DNA of 54,025 bases from a virus (Duplodnaviria > Caudoviricetes). Location: positions 1 through 54,025 of IMG/VR virus record IMGVR_UViG_3300030049_000021. One strand, written 5' to 3'. The position numbers and the translations under genes were made by a program. The notes beneath the pieces were generated by a model. That model made no database searches. It saw only the letters and a list, made by a program, of their open reading frames with translations, and had not been told where the DNA came from. Numbering within the stretch: the first letter of the stretch is position 1; each line of letters begins with the position of its first letter. This document shows, one piece after another, positions 9,518 through 19,706 of the stretch.

Positions 9518-10663
9518 TCATTCCATCACCAAGGGCGGTTGCCCATCAGCAAACGGGTCGGTCTTTTCCTCGACTAATTCGCCTTCAACCGTTTCAAGAT
9601 TTTCCGTTGGTTCGGGTTCTTCCGTTTTTTGTCCGGTCGGTGAGTCGGGATCGAATGACGTGGCGAACGCTTGGAACGCTGGCAAATCGGCGCATCTCGC
9701 ATCAGTCCCGGCTAGATAGACGAGAGCCCAATCCAAATCCCGATCTTTGCAAATGGCCTTGAATTTCTCATAGTCCGATCTGATTGCACCGTCCGAGAAA
9801 TTCCAGCCCGCATCCTTAACCGCTTGAGTCGCAAGAACGAAAACCTCGTCAGTTCGTTTGGCCGTTGGCAAAGCGTTTGCCGTGCCTTGCGTTAGCGCCT
9901 GAGTCTCTTGAGGCAGTTGCAATGCAAGCCGCCTGGCCTGACCTTCCATCGTGTTCTCCATGAGGGCCTTCACGAAGTCGGGAGGGTTCGCGTCTAGTGT
10001 CAGTCGAGCGGTTACCCATCTAGTAACTTCTTCACCAACGGTTTTGCTCATTTTGTGGATGGTAAGCAGACAATAGGCGTGTTTCAGGCCCATAGAGCGC
10101 AAGGTTTCGACCATGCCGTTCACCTCTTTGTTAAATATCACTCCCTTGCTGGTGAGTTGCCAAAGGGTGATATCTTTAGTGGCAGGCAAAATGACGCGCA
10201 ATGTTGTCGAAAGGTCGCATTGACGATCCTGTAGGTCCGCTCCAAGCCCATCTGGGTCGCAAAGGCACGGAACGATCCCGCGATCCTCGCAGAAAATAAT
10301 CTTCTTGGCTTTCCGTCTGATTTCGACGTACTTGCATAGAAGACCGTCGCATTGGTGGGTCCGCGTCTTGCCGTCGTTCTGAGTGAAATTCTCATCCACG
10401 CTTAGCCGAGTGTCCACGATGACGCTAATCTGATTCACTTCGGTCGATAGATCCCACTCGCCAGGACGATCCTTCCATGGGCGAAGAATTCCGGGGTAGG
10501 CCGCTTTCAGATTTTCCATGGCCGCTTTATCCGGACATGTGAATCTGTATGTGCTTCGTCCCTCAGGGTGGGTTCCGTCACCACTCTTGTTCGGCACTAG
10601 CTCACCGATACGGATGTGTCCGACTCTTGTTTGCGATCTTTGGCGTTCAATTGAAATTGGCAT
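9518..10663 (-). CDS. phiC31 gp3-like (recombination directionality factor family) recombination/replication protein
   Basis: N-terminal MPI....R....G.IRIG, FT.PD, CDG and C.C..C Cys cluster, T.L.V.LP...W.L.SKG. Adjacent to an exonuclease. Confidence 0.7.
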   Translation of the reverse strand: MPISIERQRSQTRVGHIRIGELVPNKSGDGTHPEGRSTYRFTCPDKAAMENLKAAYPGILRPWKDRPGEWDLSTEVNQISVIVDTRLSVDENFTQNDGKTRTHQCDGLLCKYVEIRRKAKKIIFCEDRGIVPCLCDPDGLGADLQDRQCDLSTTLRVILPATKDITLWQLTSKGVIFNKEVNGMVETLRSMGLKHAYCLLTIHKMSKTVGEEVTRWVTARLTLDANPPDFVKALMENTMEGQARRLALQLPQETQALTQGTANALPTAKRTDEVFVLATQAVKDAGWNFSDGAIRSDYEKFKAICKDRDLDWALVYLAGTDARCADLPAFQAFATSFDPDSPTGQKTEEPEPTENLETVEGELVEEKTDPFADGQPPLVME

Positions 10664-10676
10664 GATGATTTTCTCC

Positions 10677-11912
10677 TTAACCGAATGGCGCGGGTCTTAC
10701 CGCTGTCTTGGGCGTCGTTTCCTTCTTGGGTACGCCTAACTGTCGTTGCTGGTGAGCCTTTGGAACGTTGTCCGCGTAGTCAACCCACTGGCAGAGTCCA
10801 CGGAATCCGCGAATAGGCGATTCTGATCTTGGGTAGGTGTAGAGTGCGGCTCCAAGCTGTTTGGCTTTGCTTTCCAGCGTTCCGAACTCTGTTTCGAGTC
10901 CCAGTGCCGATGCGTGGGGGCCGATGTGAAGGGAGGCTATGAAGTCGGACGGCGGCAAGTCGTACTCTTCACCGCTTTCGATAAGCACGATTCTGTCACA
11001 AGCTTCGTATGCCGACACTTGGGCCTGAACCGCCTTATGGTTGATTGCGTTTGAATGCTTAAAATCACACCAGAGGGACACGCTATCTTTGCCCCATGCG
11101 CTCGGCCAGTCATATTTGTAGGTGCTTCTGTCGAGTGAGAAATGAGCGTCAACGGTGCCAGCGTAGCCGGTCTCGCAAACCTCTAAGCACCATCGCTGCA
11201 TGGTCTCAGGGAGTTTGTCAAACTGGGCGCGGGTGAGTCCACAACGTCTTAGCAGGATCTCTTCAAATAGTTCGTGGTCGATCGTAACCGGGATATGAAC
11301 AACCATCGCCTCTTGCCCAACCGTCGTCCATGTCGGGTTGGCTTTCAGAATCCACTCGGACGAGCTGACAGTGTAGGAATAAGCTGCGGCGCAAAGGTCC
11401 TCAAGTTCTTTGATAGTTGGCAGGTAATCCGGATTGTTCTTTGGAACGAATAAATTTAGCTTAATCGCCTCGTGCCTTAACCACTCCATCATGAGGTCCC
11501 GGTCGGGTGCCATTTCAGGGGATGCCCCGTCAATCTTGAGCGCGCACTTGTAAACCCAGTGGTGCCCCAGCGATCCTATGCGGGCCTTGTGGTCGCGGTA
11601 CCGTTCGTGGGCGAGCATTCGAACCTTCCAATCCATGATATGGGCTACCGCTTGCTCCATGCTCATGTGTTTACCTAGCTGACTAGCGCACGATTCCAAG
11701 ATAACCGGGTCGTCGGTTGGTGTACCTGCGGCGATTAGAAAGCCGATGCAGTCCAAAGCCGCTTCTTTGCCAGACCACGGAATAAGATGTTGACCGGGCG
11801 CGTACCCTAGCTTTGTCGTCACACTTTGGAGAGGGATACCGTGGTATCGGTAAGAGCCGCCCGAATCTCTTCGGGCGTAGTAGGGGACTTCGATGGCTGA
11901 GTTTTTAACCAT
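10677..11912 (-). CDS. PD-(D/E)XK exonuclease (Cas4/RecB-like)
   Basis: SVTT motif, A..G...H, GYAGTVD, D.K (CDFK), Q..AY. Confidence 0.75.
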   Translation of the reverse strand: MVKNSAIEVPYYARRDSGGSYRYHGIPLQSVTTKLGYAPGQHLIPWSGKEAALDCIGFLIAAGTPTDDPVILESCASQLGKHMSMEQAVAHIMDWKVRMLAHERYRDHKARIGSLGHHWVYKCALKIDGASPEMAPDRDLMMEWLRHEAIKLNLFVPKNNPDYLPTIKELEDLCAAAYSYTVSSSEWILKANPTWTTVGQEAMVVHIPVTIDHELFEEILLRRCGLTRAQFDKLPETMQRWCLEVCETGYAGTVDAHFSLDRSTYKYDWPSAWGKDSVSLWCDFKHSNAINHKAVQAQVSAYEACDRIVLIESGEEYDLPPSDFIASLHIGPHASALGLETEFGTLESKAKQLGAALYTYPRSESPIRGFRGLCQWVDYADNVPKAHQQRQLGVPKKETTPKTAVRPAPFG

Positions 11913-13447
11913 TACTCTGAATCAACCTCCTTAGACTCCAAGCTTTCGGCCAGCTTCTTTTCAAGGGCTAGTTGCTCGTCGGCGTAGACCACCTCTGGAT
12001 CGGCTATGCGGCCCTCGTGCAGGAAGTAGTCAACCGTTCGGAATCCTTCGACTACTTCACCAGCGGTAACCGCGATCTCCGTAAAGATGTAGGTTTTGGA
12101 CTCTTCCGCGATCTTGCGAATGATCTCCATATTTTTGGGCGTGATCTTCTCGCCGTCGCCAAGAGCGAATATCCGCATCATCGGCTTTTCCATCACGCCA
12201 AAGCTCGTGGCGAACCGGATCTTGGTTTCAGTGTTGTGCTGCCTCAGCGGTAAACCGTCAATCCAAATCGCATACTCTCTCTTTTCAGATTCAGGCTTCG
12301 ACGTGTCGCGGATCTCAAAGCCAGGGAATGCAAATCCCGATGATTGAGCAGACTCGAATAGTAGTTTTTTCTTAGCGTTGCGGGCATCAAGAAGTTGTTT
12401 CTCAAGATCGGCTCGTCTGGTTTCGGCTTCCTGATATTCGGCCAAAGCCGCATCAATACGCTTGTTCTCCCTAACGTTTGCATTCGTGGTGTCAACCGTC
12501 TTGATTCTCTCTTCAATCTCGGCGGTGGATTCAGGAACGAATGAATCAAGGTTCGTTTGAGCGGTTTGCAAGGATTCCTTTGTCTTCTCGTGGATGCCCT
12601 CGCATCTCTCAATGTCGGCGCGTTGCGCATTGAGCTTGTCTTGAGCCGCCTTTAGCTCATCCTGAAGCTTCTTGATAAGGTCTTTGGTTTCGGTCTCGCT
12701 CGTTTCGCGGGTTTTGATAGCCTCAGATTCGGCTTTCTCCTGGGCTGTCCATTTATCCAAGGCTGATTGCAAAGTGACTTGCTCGGCGTTGTGATTCTGG
12801 AGCTTCTGAAGTTCGGCAATCAGCGCGGATGCATCTTCCTCCACTTCGGGCGCGTCAACCTTTTTCATGCCGGCATTGCGCTTCGTGATTCGGTCGACGT
12901 CGGCGTTAGCTACCTTGCGCTTGTCGACTAACTCAGCCTCAAGTGAATCAAGTTCTGTCGTATCGACCCGGAAAGCGTTGCGGATCGCTTGGACTTGCTC
13001 GGCATCTTTCTTTTTTAGGAAGTCTCCGATATCGAACGTGATTGAGCTAACAAGGCTCTTTAGGCGCTCGGCGGGTGGAGGACTGGCAAGCGTGGCCCAG
13101 CCATCTTCCGTGTTCACCTGGATCTTCACTTCGTAATCGATCTCGCCTTCACGTTTGCCTGACTGCACCTTAAAGCACCTGGCAATCACCTTTAAGCGGT
13201 CGAACACCAATTCAGCGCGGGCCTCATTTGCTCCTTGTCGAATCGGCAAATTATCCGTTGGTTTACCAAGAATCGCCATAGCGATACCCTTGATGAGGCT
13301 AGACTTCCCGGCTGCATTGTCACCGCCAAGAGCGATGAAGTATTTGCCGGGTGGGATGTCTTGCAACAGAACGTCTTTGATTCCCTCGAAATTGGTGAGG
13401 GAATACGCGACTAGGGTTAATGGCTTTTTCTCTTGCTGCTCGATCAT
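11912..13447 (-). CDS. SMC/RecF/Rad50-like ATPase with central coiled coil
   Basis: N-terminal NFEGIK, Walker A GDNAAGKSS, long heptad coiled coil, degenerate C-terminal ABC half. Confidence 0.8.
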   Translation of the reverse strand: MIEQQEKKPLTLVAYSLTNFEGIKDVLLQDIPPGKYFIALGGDNAAGKSSLIKGIAMAILGKPTDNLPIRQGANEARAELVFDRLKVIARCFKVQSGKREGEIDYEVKIQVNTEDGWATLASPPPAERLKSLVSSITFDIGDFLKKKDAEQVQAIRNAFRVDTTELDSLEAELVDKRKVANADVDRITKRNAGMKKVDAPEVEEDASALIAELQKLQNHNAEQVTLQSALDKWTAQEKAESEAIKTRETSETETKDLIKKLQDELKAAQDKLNAQRADIERCEGIHEKTKESLQTAQTNLDSFVPESTAEIEERIKTVDTTNANVRENKRIDAALAEYQEAETRRADLEKQLLDARNAKKKLLFESAQSSGFAFPGFEIRDTSKPESEKREYAIWIDGLPLRQHNTETKIRFATSFGVMEKPMMRIFALGDGEKITPKNMEIIRKIAEESKTYIFTEIAVTAGEVVEGFRTVDYFLHEGRIADPEVVYADEQLALEKKLAESLESKEVDSE

Positions 13448-13812
13448 GCTACTTCACTTTCCTTAACTTCCATGCCTGCCCAAACTTCGGCGGCTTCCTC
13501 GGGAGTTAGTTTCACAAACGGGAACGGATCTTTTCGTAGGCCTACGATGTGTTTCAGCGCATACGATCCTTCTGAACCGATCTTATAGGGCATCGATTCT
13601 TGGCGCTCAATGATCTCCTGTTCGGTCAGCGTTGATGCATAGTCTTTGACCATCGTTAGGCCGTTGAATACGGCCTCTGCAATACCAGGTCGGTGATAGC
13701 TGTACGTTGCGTTAGGAAACTCCAAAAACAGGAGTTCCTTTTCAGCGTCGAGCGCGGCGCGGGTGATCTTGCTGGATGAGTTTATGAGTGTGTGATATCT
13801 GAGTGTTTTCAT
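13444..13812 (-). CDS. KTSC-domain-like protein
   Basis: SS.I.....D.E...L..EF....Y.Y pattern followed by S.GSY. Confidence 0.6.
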   Translation of the reverse strand: MKTLRYHTLINSSSKITRAALDAEKELLFLEFPNATYSYHRPGIAEAVFNGLTMVKDYASTLTEQEIIERQESMPYKIGSEGSYALKHIVGLRKDPFPFVKLTPEEAAEVWAGMEVKESEVA

Positions 13813-13906
13813 AGTCCTTCTGGCTCCAAATCGCCTGTGAAAATCGGGTCGGGAAAGCAGGTGCATTCTGCGAGGTCGCAGTAGGGGCAGATGTAAATGT
13901 CGTCGT

Positions 13907-14233
13907 TCACTGCGCCCTCTCAATCCGGTCGTCCCGAATCTGTTCGCGGGTTGGTTGCTCGCCTAGATGCATGGCCGCTACGGTTTTAGCCGCCGCCCTG
14001 TGAGATTCGGACGTCTCCGGGTCTACGCCATCCCATGCCGTATCTAGTGCGAGGGCGAGTCGGTAAATCGTCGCCTCCGCTGATTCGATGGTGTAGCCGA
14101 TATCGGCGCGAAGAATGACTTCGCGAACGTCTTGCTCCACCGATTTGAGTTCTTCCGTTAGCCGCCTCATGTCCTCCCTCGCGGCGATCAAATGACCGAG
14201 GACTTGGAAGGCTAGGTCTAGTTGGCGATTCAT
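13907..14233 (-). CDS. Hypothetical helical protein
   Basis: 108 aa, operon position. Confidence 0.6.
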   Translation of the reverse strand: MNRQLDLAFQVLGHLIAAREDMRRLTEELKSVEQDVREVILRADIGYTIESAEATIYRLALALDTAWDGVDPETSESHRAAAKTVAAMHLGEQPTREQIRDDRIERAQ

Positions 14234-14509
14234 GATCTCACCTGTCGTGGATTCTCAGATCGGGATTTCTGCCAAGTGCGGTAACCCTTGGATCGCTTCA
14301 AATCCGTCTTGGGTCTAACGCCTAATTTGCGTCCGTAAAGGCTCACTTCTGCCCATCCTCTTTGTTCTCGGTTGCGAGAGTAGCGAGGATCTTGTACAGT
14401 TGGTCGGTGCTTTGGGCGCTGAGAATGTCAGCGAGGGTGAATGATGGGCTCCTTTCAGGGCCGTTTGCGATAAGCATATCGTTTGCTCCATGCGCTCCTT
14501 GTTGGGCGC

Positions 14510-14578
14510 ACCACTAATATACACGAAATGTTAGGCGAATGTAAGATAAATGTTAGATGTCGCTGTATACTATTTTCG
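14510..14578. promoter_or_regulatory. Divergent promoter region with three helically phased operator-like repeats
   Basis: aatgttag (14527), aatgtaag (14538), aatgttag (14549) at exactly 11-bp period. TATACT -10 lies 7 nt before the ATG at 14579. Junction of leftward and rightward arms. Confidence 0.65.
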
Positions 14579-14773
14579 ATGGACCAACCACTACACGATC
14601 AACGGAAAAAGCTTTCTTGGGCTGACAAGGTTGAGATTCATAGTCTCTACACAAACCGAACAAAGACAGGGCACACCATGATCAGCCTTGCCGAAAAGTA
14701 CGGCGTCGTGCGCCAGACCATCGCGCTTGCGGTTGACGAAATCGCGAAGACTAAGGAGAAGAAAACCAAATGA
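14579..14773 (+). CDS. Small helix-turn-helix regulator (Cro-like position)
   Basis: KKLS....EI..LY...TMISLAEKYGVVRQTI HTH pattern. Confidence 0.75.
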   Translation: MDQPLHDQRKKLSWADKVEIHSLYTNRTKTGHTMISLAEKYGVVRQTIALAVDEIAKTKEKKTK

Positions 14774-15099
14774 ACAGGCGAGCCGTACCGCTCGAATCAT
14801 TCGTCGAAATGCTTTCCAAATTGGAGCAAGGCGGCGTTGTTGAAGAGATCGAAGATCACCTTCGCAATGTTGTCCGCAAGGTCACTGAGACCAACCAGGC
14901 GGGCAGCGTGACTATCACCCTAAAGGTCATGCCGGGGAACTCTAAGAAGTCCTCTAACCAGATTCGCATTGAAGAGAAAGTAGCGTCATCAGTCCCGAGA
15001 CTGTCGGGCGAATCCATCTTCTTCGCGACCGAAACCGGCGACCTATCTCGCCACAACCCAGAGCAGGGTGCTCTATCATTCGAAAAGGAGATTAGCTAA
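14770..15099 (+). CDS. YfdP-like partner of the DUF2303 protein
   Basis: L..VV..V.ET...GSVTITLKV.P and P......IFFAT..G.L.R..P.Q..L; this protein type typically precedes DUF2303. Confidence 0.75.
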   Translation: MNRRAVPLESFVEMLSKLEQGGVVEEIEDHLRNVVRKVTETNQAGSVTITLKVMPGNSKKSSNQIRIEEKVASSVPRLSGESIFFATETGDLSRHNPEQGALSFEKEIS

Positions 15100-15920
15100 T
15101 GGCTATTGAAGAAAAATCACTCGCAGATGTTCTTGAATTCGTCCGGGGCATGACGGACGGACAAATTAAACAAATCGACGTTGGCGGCGTAGCATTACTG
15201 CATTCCAAGGAGACAATCGAAGTCGAAGATCTGCAAGCGATCGTCGATAAGTATGCTAAGGGGCCACGACGAATCGAAGCCCACATCCAGCTTACCGACG
15301 TTGATAGTTTGACGTCATATCTCGCGCGTTTTGGCGACCCTTTCGGGGTACCCGCTGACGATCCTATCTTGATTGTGGCCGAAATTAAGGCGGCTAGGAT
15401 CGTTGCCAAGATCGACTACCACACGCATGATTCACCTTCATGGTGTGGGCACACGGCAACCCTTATTTCTCAGCGCACGCCAGAATGGGGCGCGTTCTCG
15501 AATGTCAACGGAAAGTTCCAGACGCAAGACGAATTCGCCAGGTTCTTGGAAAAGTATTCATCCTGGATCATTCAACCCGACGCGGCAACGGTTGTTGAAC
15601 TCGTCGAGAATTTGGAGGGGACCACTACGGGCACATGGTCGGCAAAACCTAACCGAACGAACGGGAACTTTAAGTTCTCGCACGAAGAGGAGACGATAAC
15701 GACGGTGACTGTGCCGGTGAAGCTTCTAATCGAAATTAAGCCTTTCTATCACTCCAAGAGTGAGCCGATAGGTGTGAGAATTCAGCACAAGTTCGTCGGC
15801 GGCAAACCTCAGTTTGCGCTCATCATTGACAACATTGAGGAAGTCGAATACGAGGCCCTTCTTCAAACCATCCAAGAGGTAGAGACCGCGACCGGCTTAC
15901 CGGTTCTCGTCGGGCCTTAG
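15099..15920 (+). CDS. DUF2303 (YfdQ-like) protein
   Basis: Motifs S...Y..RF, A.IDYH....P.W..H.A, TPEW......GK...Q.EFA.FLE. Confidence 0.85.
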   Translation: MAIEEKSLADVLEFVRGMTDGQIKQIDVGGVALLHSKETIEVEDLQAIVDKYAKGPRRIEAHIQLTDVDSLTSYLARFGDPFGVPADDPILIVAEIKAARIVAKIDYHTHDSPSWCGHTATLISQRTPEWGAFSNVNGKFQTQDEFARFLEKYSSWIIQPDAATVVELVENLEGTTTGTWSAKPNRTNGNFKFSHEEETITTVTVPVKLLIEIKPFYHSKSEPIGVRIQHKFVGGKPQFALIIDNIEEVEYEALLQTIQEVETATGLPVLVGP

Positions 15921-15967
15921 TCAATATGGGGCCTTGACTGGCCCCTAGCAATTTTAGAGGAAACCCC

Positions 15968-16159
15968 ATGAAAAAACGACCTAACCAACTCCACTGGCCC
16001 GAATCTGGCTACACGCCAGTTGGCCCCTTTCTCGTTGATAATTGGTCTATGCCCTACGTTGTCGGGTTGGCTTTCGCCCTGGGCTTTCTGCTGATTCGTG
16101 AGATAGTGTTCTGGGCGGTACCGGTCATCGACGGTTGGATTCGGGGGGCTGGGTGGTGA
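15968..16159 (+). CDS. Small membrane protein
   Basis: 63 aa, one hydrophobic segment, GAGG Shine-Dalgarno. Confidence 0.55.
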   Translation: MKKRPNQLHWPESGYTPVGPFLVDNWSMPYVVGLAFALGFLLIREIVFWAVPVIDGWIRGAGW

Positions 16160-16509
16160 ATCCAATCTATCGAACATTAACCGGTGGCATTGAATGCACG
16201 ATGGAGGGCGGCAAGCTCTTTGTCCGTGAATTTAACGAAGAGAAATCCCGGTTTAACCGTGGTCCGTGGGTTGAGAATCCTATTTCTAAGGATGAGGCAT
16301 ACGCGAGTTGGCGTAACGCTGCAATCGATATTGAGCGTTTTAGGTTAGGCTGCATGTACCACTGCCTCACGTCGGAAACCAAGTCGGGCTGGCTTATCGA
16401 ATACCGATCCCAAGAGCTACGCAGAAAAATTGACGCGCTTACTGTTGAATACGAGCAGGCGTTAGCGGACGAGATGGTTGATAGGCCAAAGATTGAGGGG
16501 CAACCATGA
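16156..16509 (+). CDS. Hypothetical protein
   Basis: GTGA and ATGA overlaps with neighbours. Confidence 0.6.
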   Translation: MNPIYRTLTGGIECTMEGGKLFVREFNEEKSRFNRGPWVENPISKDEAYASWRNAAIDIERFRLGCMYHCLTSETKSGWLIEYRSQELRRKIDALTVEYEQALADEMVDRPKIEGQP

Positions 16510-17168
16510 GCCAGCCGTCTATTTTCGATGACAATGGCAACACTAGCCTTTGCGACCTGCCACGTGATCATCCTAACTACGATCCGTTCGAGACGATTAC
16601 CTTGGCTGACTTCCTCGCGCCAAAGGAATCCCGAAAGAGAGCAGCCGAAGAGTCGATGCCAGACGCCCAAGGTGCTTACGATGCGTTTGCGAAGGCACCG
16701 GTTAAGAAAGTGAAGATGAAACGCGATAGCGCCCAATTCTCGCGGGCGATTAGCTATCTGCATGGCCTTTTCCCGGATGTGCCGATGACCGCCTGGGAGA
16801 AAACGGAGCACAACGAAACGCTCTACTCTGGGATGCAATTAAAGCGCGATCTGTGGGGGTTTGCCGACGTGCTTGGCCAGCGAGCGGTTAATCTGCACGA
16901 CTCGTTCGGTAATCCTGCTACCGCTTGCCAGAACATAGCTTGCCAGATCACCACGGTCGACCAGATTGCTCCGCACATCAGGAAATACACGGACGCGACC
17001 ACCAAAAGCCTGAACGAAGTGCCCACGCTAACGAAGCTGCGGCATTTCCTCGACTGCGGCAATATCCTAATCATCCTCGGTTACGAGAAAATTGGGGCGC
17101 GGTGGGTTGGGAAGCACACGACGGTTACGCATGAGATGTTGGACAAAGCGATCCAGCGAAAGAGATGA
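16506..17168 (+). CDS. PD-(D/E)XK nuclease, putative Holliday-junction resolvase
   Basis: C-terminal E......KRDLWGFADVL ... ACQITT pattern seen in phage resolvase-like proteins. Confidence 0.55.
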   Translation: MSQPSIFDDNGNTSLCDLPRDHPNYDPFETITLADFLAPKESRKRAAEESMPDAQGAYDAFAKAPVKKVKMKRDSAQFSRAISYLHGLFPDVPMTAWEKTEHNETLYSGMQLKRDLWGFADVLGQRAVNLHDSFGNPATACQNIACQITTVDQIAPHIRKYTDATTKSLNEVPTLTKLRHFLDCGNILIILGYEKIGARWVGKHTTVTHEMLDKAIQRKR

Positions 17169-17797
17169 GCGAAATGATGGACAGAGCAAAACCGAAATTG
17201 GAATACGGATATGAGTTTTTTGAGCCTAGAAACGTTGACGATTTAGCACCAGGAATGAGGGTCCACACGGTTGATGGATGGCAATGCGTGGAAGGGTTCG
17301 GCCATATCTATTGCGTTTGTGCCATGAGGGTCGGCGCTTATTTCAGCCGCCTTCGGGTTGTGCCGGGGTTCGAGTTGGTTACTGATATGGAGGCGAAGGC
17401 GTTGAAGGGGTGGAAGAGTGACTTCCCTGAGTACGGGCTTCAAGGCCTTGAATATGACGGTGTATATACCATCAAAGAGTGGTATGAAGTGGGAGGCACC
17501 TTTGGCGTTTACCGCCCGATCCAGGCAGAGCCACAAGAGGTTGAGATTGTGGCACCGGTCAAGGTTGATTTCTGGACACCTCCTGTGTTCGATGGCTACC
17601 AACTCGCTTGTGATTCACACCACGCGGTAGCTGAGGACGGTCTCTACGCATTGGAACACGATAATCTGATACCCGTCGCGGATTGGAAACCTAACATTTG
17701 GCTTGGTTACCGAATGGCACATGGTCCTCTTTACCGAAAGGTCCAGCCAACCTGCCCAACGTGCTGGGCTGTCATCGATGGGGAGTGTGGGGAATGA
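17165..17797 (+). CDS. Hypothetical protein with C-terminal CxxC
   Basis: 210 aa, ATGA overlaps. Confidence 0.6.
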   Translation: MSEMMDRAKPKLEYGYEFFEPRNVDDLAPGMRVHTVDGWQCVEGFGHIYCVCAMRVGAYFSRLRVVPGFELVTDMEAKALKGWKSDFPEYGLQGLEYDGVYTIKEWYEVGGTFGVYRPIQAEPQEVEIVAPVKVDFWTPPVFDGYQLACDSHHAVAEDGLYALEHDNLIPVADWKPNIWLGYRMAHGPLYRKVQPTCPTCWAVIDGECGE

Positions 17798-18075
17798 GGG
17801 CGACATTCAAATCTAAGCCCTGGAAAGGCAAGAAAGGCGCTGCGAAGCACAAGTCTCGCTATATCTGCAAAAGGCTGCGAATACCAAGGGTAACGGCCCT
17901 TCGTATAGGGAATACCACCCTAATTGGAACGCACAGGCAGACGCGAGAGATTTTTCAGAAACTAATAAATGAAACACCGGTTTCTGCGCTACAACGCTTC
18001 AAGGACGATCCGCACTTCATGGCTTTCGACTCTGGTCCGCGAACGATAGCGATTATTACAGGAGACTCCAAATAA
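17794..18075 (+). CDS. Hypothetical basic protein
   Basis: 93 aa, ATGA overlap. Confidence 0.55.
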   Translation: MRATFKSKPWKGKKGAAKHKSRYICKRLRIPRVTALRIGNTTLIGTHRQTREIFQKLINETPVSALQRFKDDPHFMAFDSGPRTIAIITGDSK

Positions 18076-18086
18076 ACCCAGAAACA

Positions 18087-18497
18087 ATGACTGACGAGGA
18101 ACTGAACAGGGCTTGCGCGGAGGTGATGGGGTGGCGCGAAGCTGAATGCGAACACGTTAGAGGCGAAGGTTACTACTACAACGCACCGTCTTACCCGGCA
18201 TTTAGCGTGGGCGTACTGGGAGTGGCTAAACATACTAATAATTGCGACTACAGGCCATGGAAACCCGCCACGGACGCGAATCAAGCCTTAGAGGTAGCGG
18301 AGTTTGTGCGGGTAAACCTCGACGCTCGGTACTTCTCGGCTTCGCCAAGTGACGTGTACAACACTTTTATCGTCAATTGGGAATTTAATGATGGTGAAGC
18401 CCAGGTTGAGGGACCCGCCAAGTACGACGAATCCTTCTCCCGCGCTCTGGTGGTTGCGAGTCTGATGGCGTGGAAAGCGGTTAAGGGAGGGGGATAG
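18087..18497 (+). CDS. Phage ABA-sandwich / NinX-like protein
   Basis: MTDEELNRA.AE.MGW ... W.PATD...A..V.E ... RA...A.L.A. Confidence 0.65.
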   Translation: MTDEELNRACAEVMGWREAECEHVRGEGYYYNAPSYPAFSVGVLGVAKHTNNCDYRPWKPATDANQALEVAEFVRVNLDARYFSASPSDVYNTFIVNWEFNDGEAQVEGPAKYDESFSRALVVASLMAWKAVKGGG

Positions 18498-19277
18498 ATG
18501 AGCTACCAATGCGTCGTGAATTTCTCCGGCGGCGTGTGCTCGTTTATGGCTGCAATTCGGGCGGTTGAGCGATTCGGGAAAGCGCATGTTGTCCTGCTAT
18601 TTGCCGACACCGGTGAGGAGGATGCTGATCTATACAGGTTCGTTTCAGACTGCGTTAGGCACATCGGATGCGATATTGTCACGGTTAAGAATCCGCTTGG
18701 TATGGACGGCATTATTGACTCACACAGGGCGATTCCAAATAACCGAATGGCATTTTGCACCCAAGAGTTAAAACAAGAAATCTGTGATGCGTGGCTTAGT
18801 GCGAACGCGCCAAATGCGGTTCGTGTATTTGGATTCGATTGGACGGAGGGCGGCAGAATTGCACGTATAGTCGCCAGATTGTCACCAATTCCGGTGTGGA
18901 TGCCAATGGCCGATGCTCCGTATCTCATGAAGAACGTGATGTTGGACCGTGTTCGAGAGTTAGGTATCGAACCACCTCGCCTTTATGGGATGGGCTTTCA
19001 GCATAACAACTGTGGCGGAGGCTGCGTTAAAGCAGGTCAAGCTGCGTGGGCATTGACATTAGAAAAGACCCCCGATGTCTACGCCAAATGGGAGGCCAGG
19101 GAGCAACGGGTCAGCGATCTTCGCGGGAAGCCATGCTCAATCCTTCGCGACAGAAGAGGAGGCGTAACGACCCCGCTTTTATTATCCGAGTTTAGAAATC
19201 GCGTTGAACAGAGATCCTTCGATCAACTAGATTGGGGATCTTGCTCGTGCTTTTCAGGAGGGGAATCAAATGAATAA
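18498..19277 (+). CDS. PAPS-reductase-like (adenine nucleotide alpha-hydrolase) protein
   Basis: PP-loop FSGG..S, LLFADT..ED.DLYRF, C...LK, HNNCGGGCVKAG, C-terminal WG.C.CF. Confidence 0.85.
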   Translation: MSYQCVVNFSGGVCSFMAAIRAVERFGKAHVVLLFADTGEEDADLYRFVSDCVRHIGCDIVTVKNPLGMDGIIDSHRAIPNNRMAFCTQELKQEICDAWLSANAPNAVRVFGFDWTEGGRIARIVARLSPIPVWMPMADAPYLMKNVMLDRVRELGIEPPRLYGMGFQHNNCGGGCVKAGQAAWALTLEKTPDVYAKWEAREQRVSDLRGKPCSILRDRRGGVTTPLLLSEFRNRVEQRSFDQLDWGSCSCFSGGESNE

Positions 19278-19704
19278 CGAACAGGAAATGCGGGCGGCGT
19301 TTGACCGATGGTTTACGGAACTCGGCAAGATCGGAGATCCGTTGCGACGGCCAGGACTTGTGCGAGAGGCGTTCGAATCCGGTGCCGAGTGGCAGAGATG
19401 CCAAATCAAAACCAAGGAGGCGTTCGCGGTGCTAGACCTGATGGACAAGGAGACCTCACTCAACTTCCCCTCGCCTGAGTGGAGTTTGGAGGTGCCGACT
19501 CATGAAGGTTGGTGGTGGAAGCGTCGAGCCCACCTTGTCCTTGATGATGGATCGTTTACTTGGCATAAGCCGACAGCCGTTTTTGTTAGAGAAATGGAAG
19601 GGGAACTGCGCGATACATCGTGGTCTTGCCCCGAAAATTTGAGGGTGAACAATGGCGAACAATGGTGGCCCATCCCGATCACCCCGCCGACAGGAGGTAA
19701 GTAA
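19270..19704 (+). CDS. Hypothetical Trp-rich protein
   Basis: 144 aa with W..E.PT..GW.W and W..PI.PP phage motifs. Confidence 0.6.
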   Translation: MNNEQEMRAAFDRWFTELGKIGDPLRRPGLVREAFESGAEWQRCQIKTKEAFAVLDLMDKETSLNFPSPEWSLEVPTHEGWWWKRRAHLVLDDGSFTWHKPTAVFVREMEGELRDTSWSCPENLRVNNGEQWWPIPITPPTGGK

Positions 19705-19706
19705 AC

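Noticed and set aside
10677-11912. CRISPR-associated Cas4
   Set aside because: No array or other cas genes; context indicates a phage recombination exonuclease
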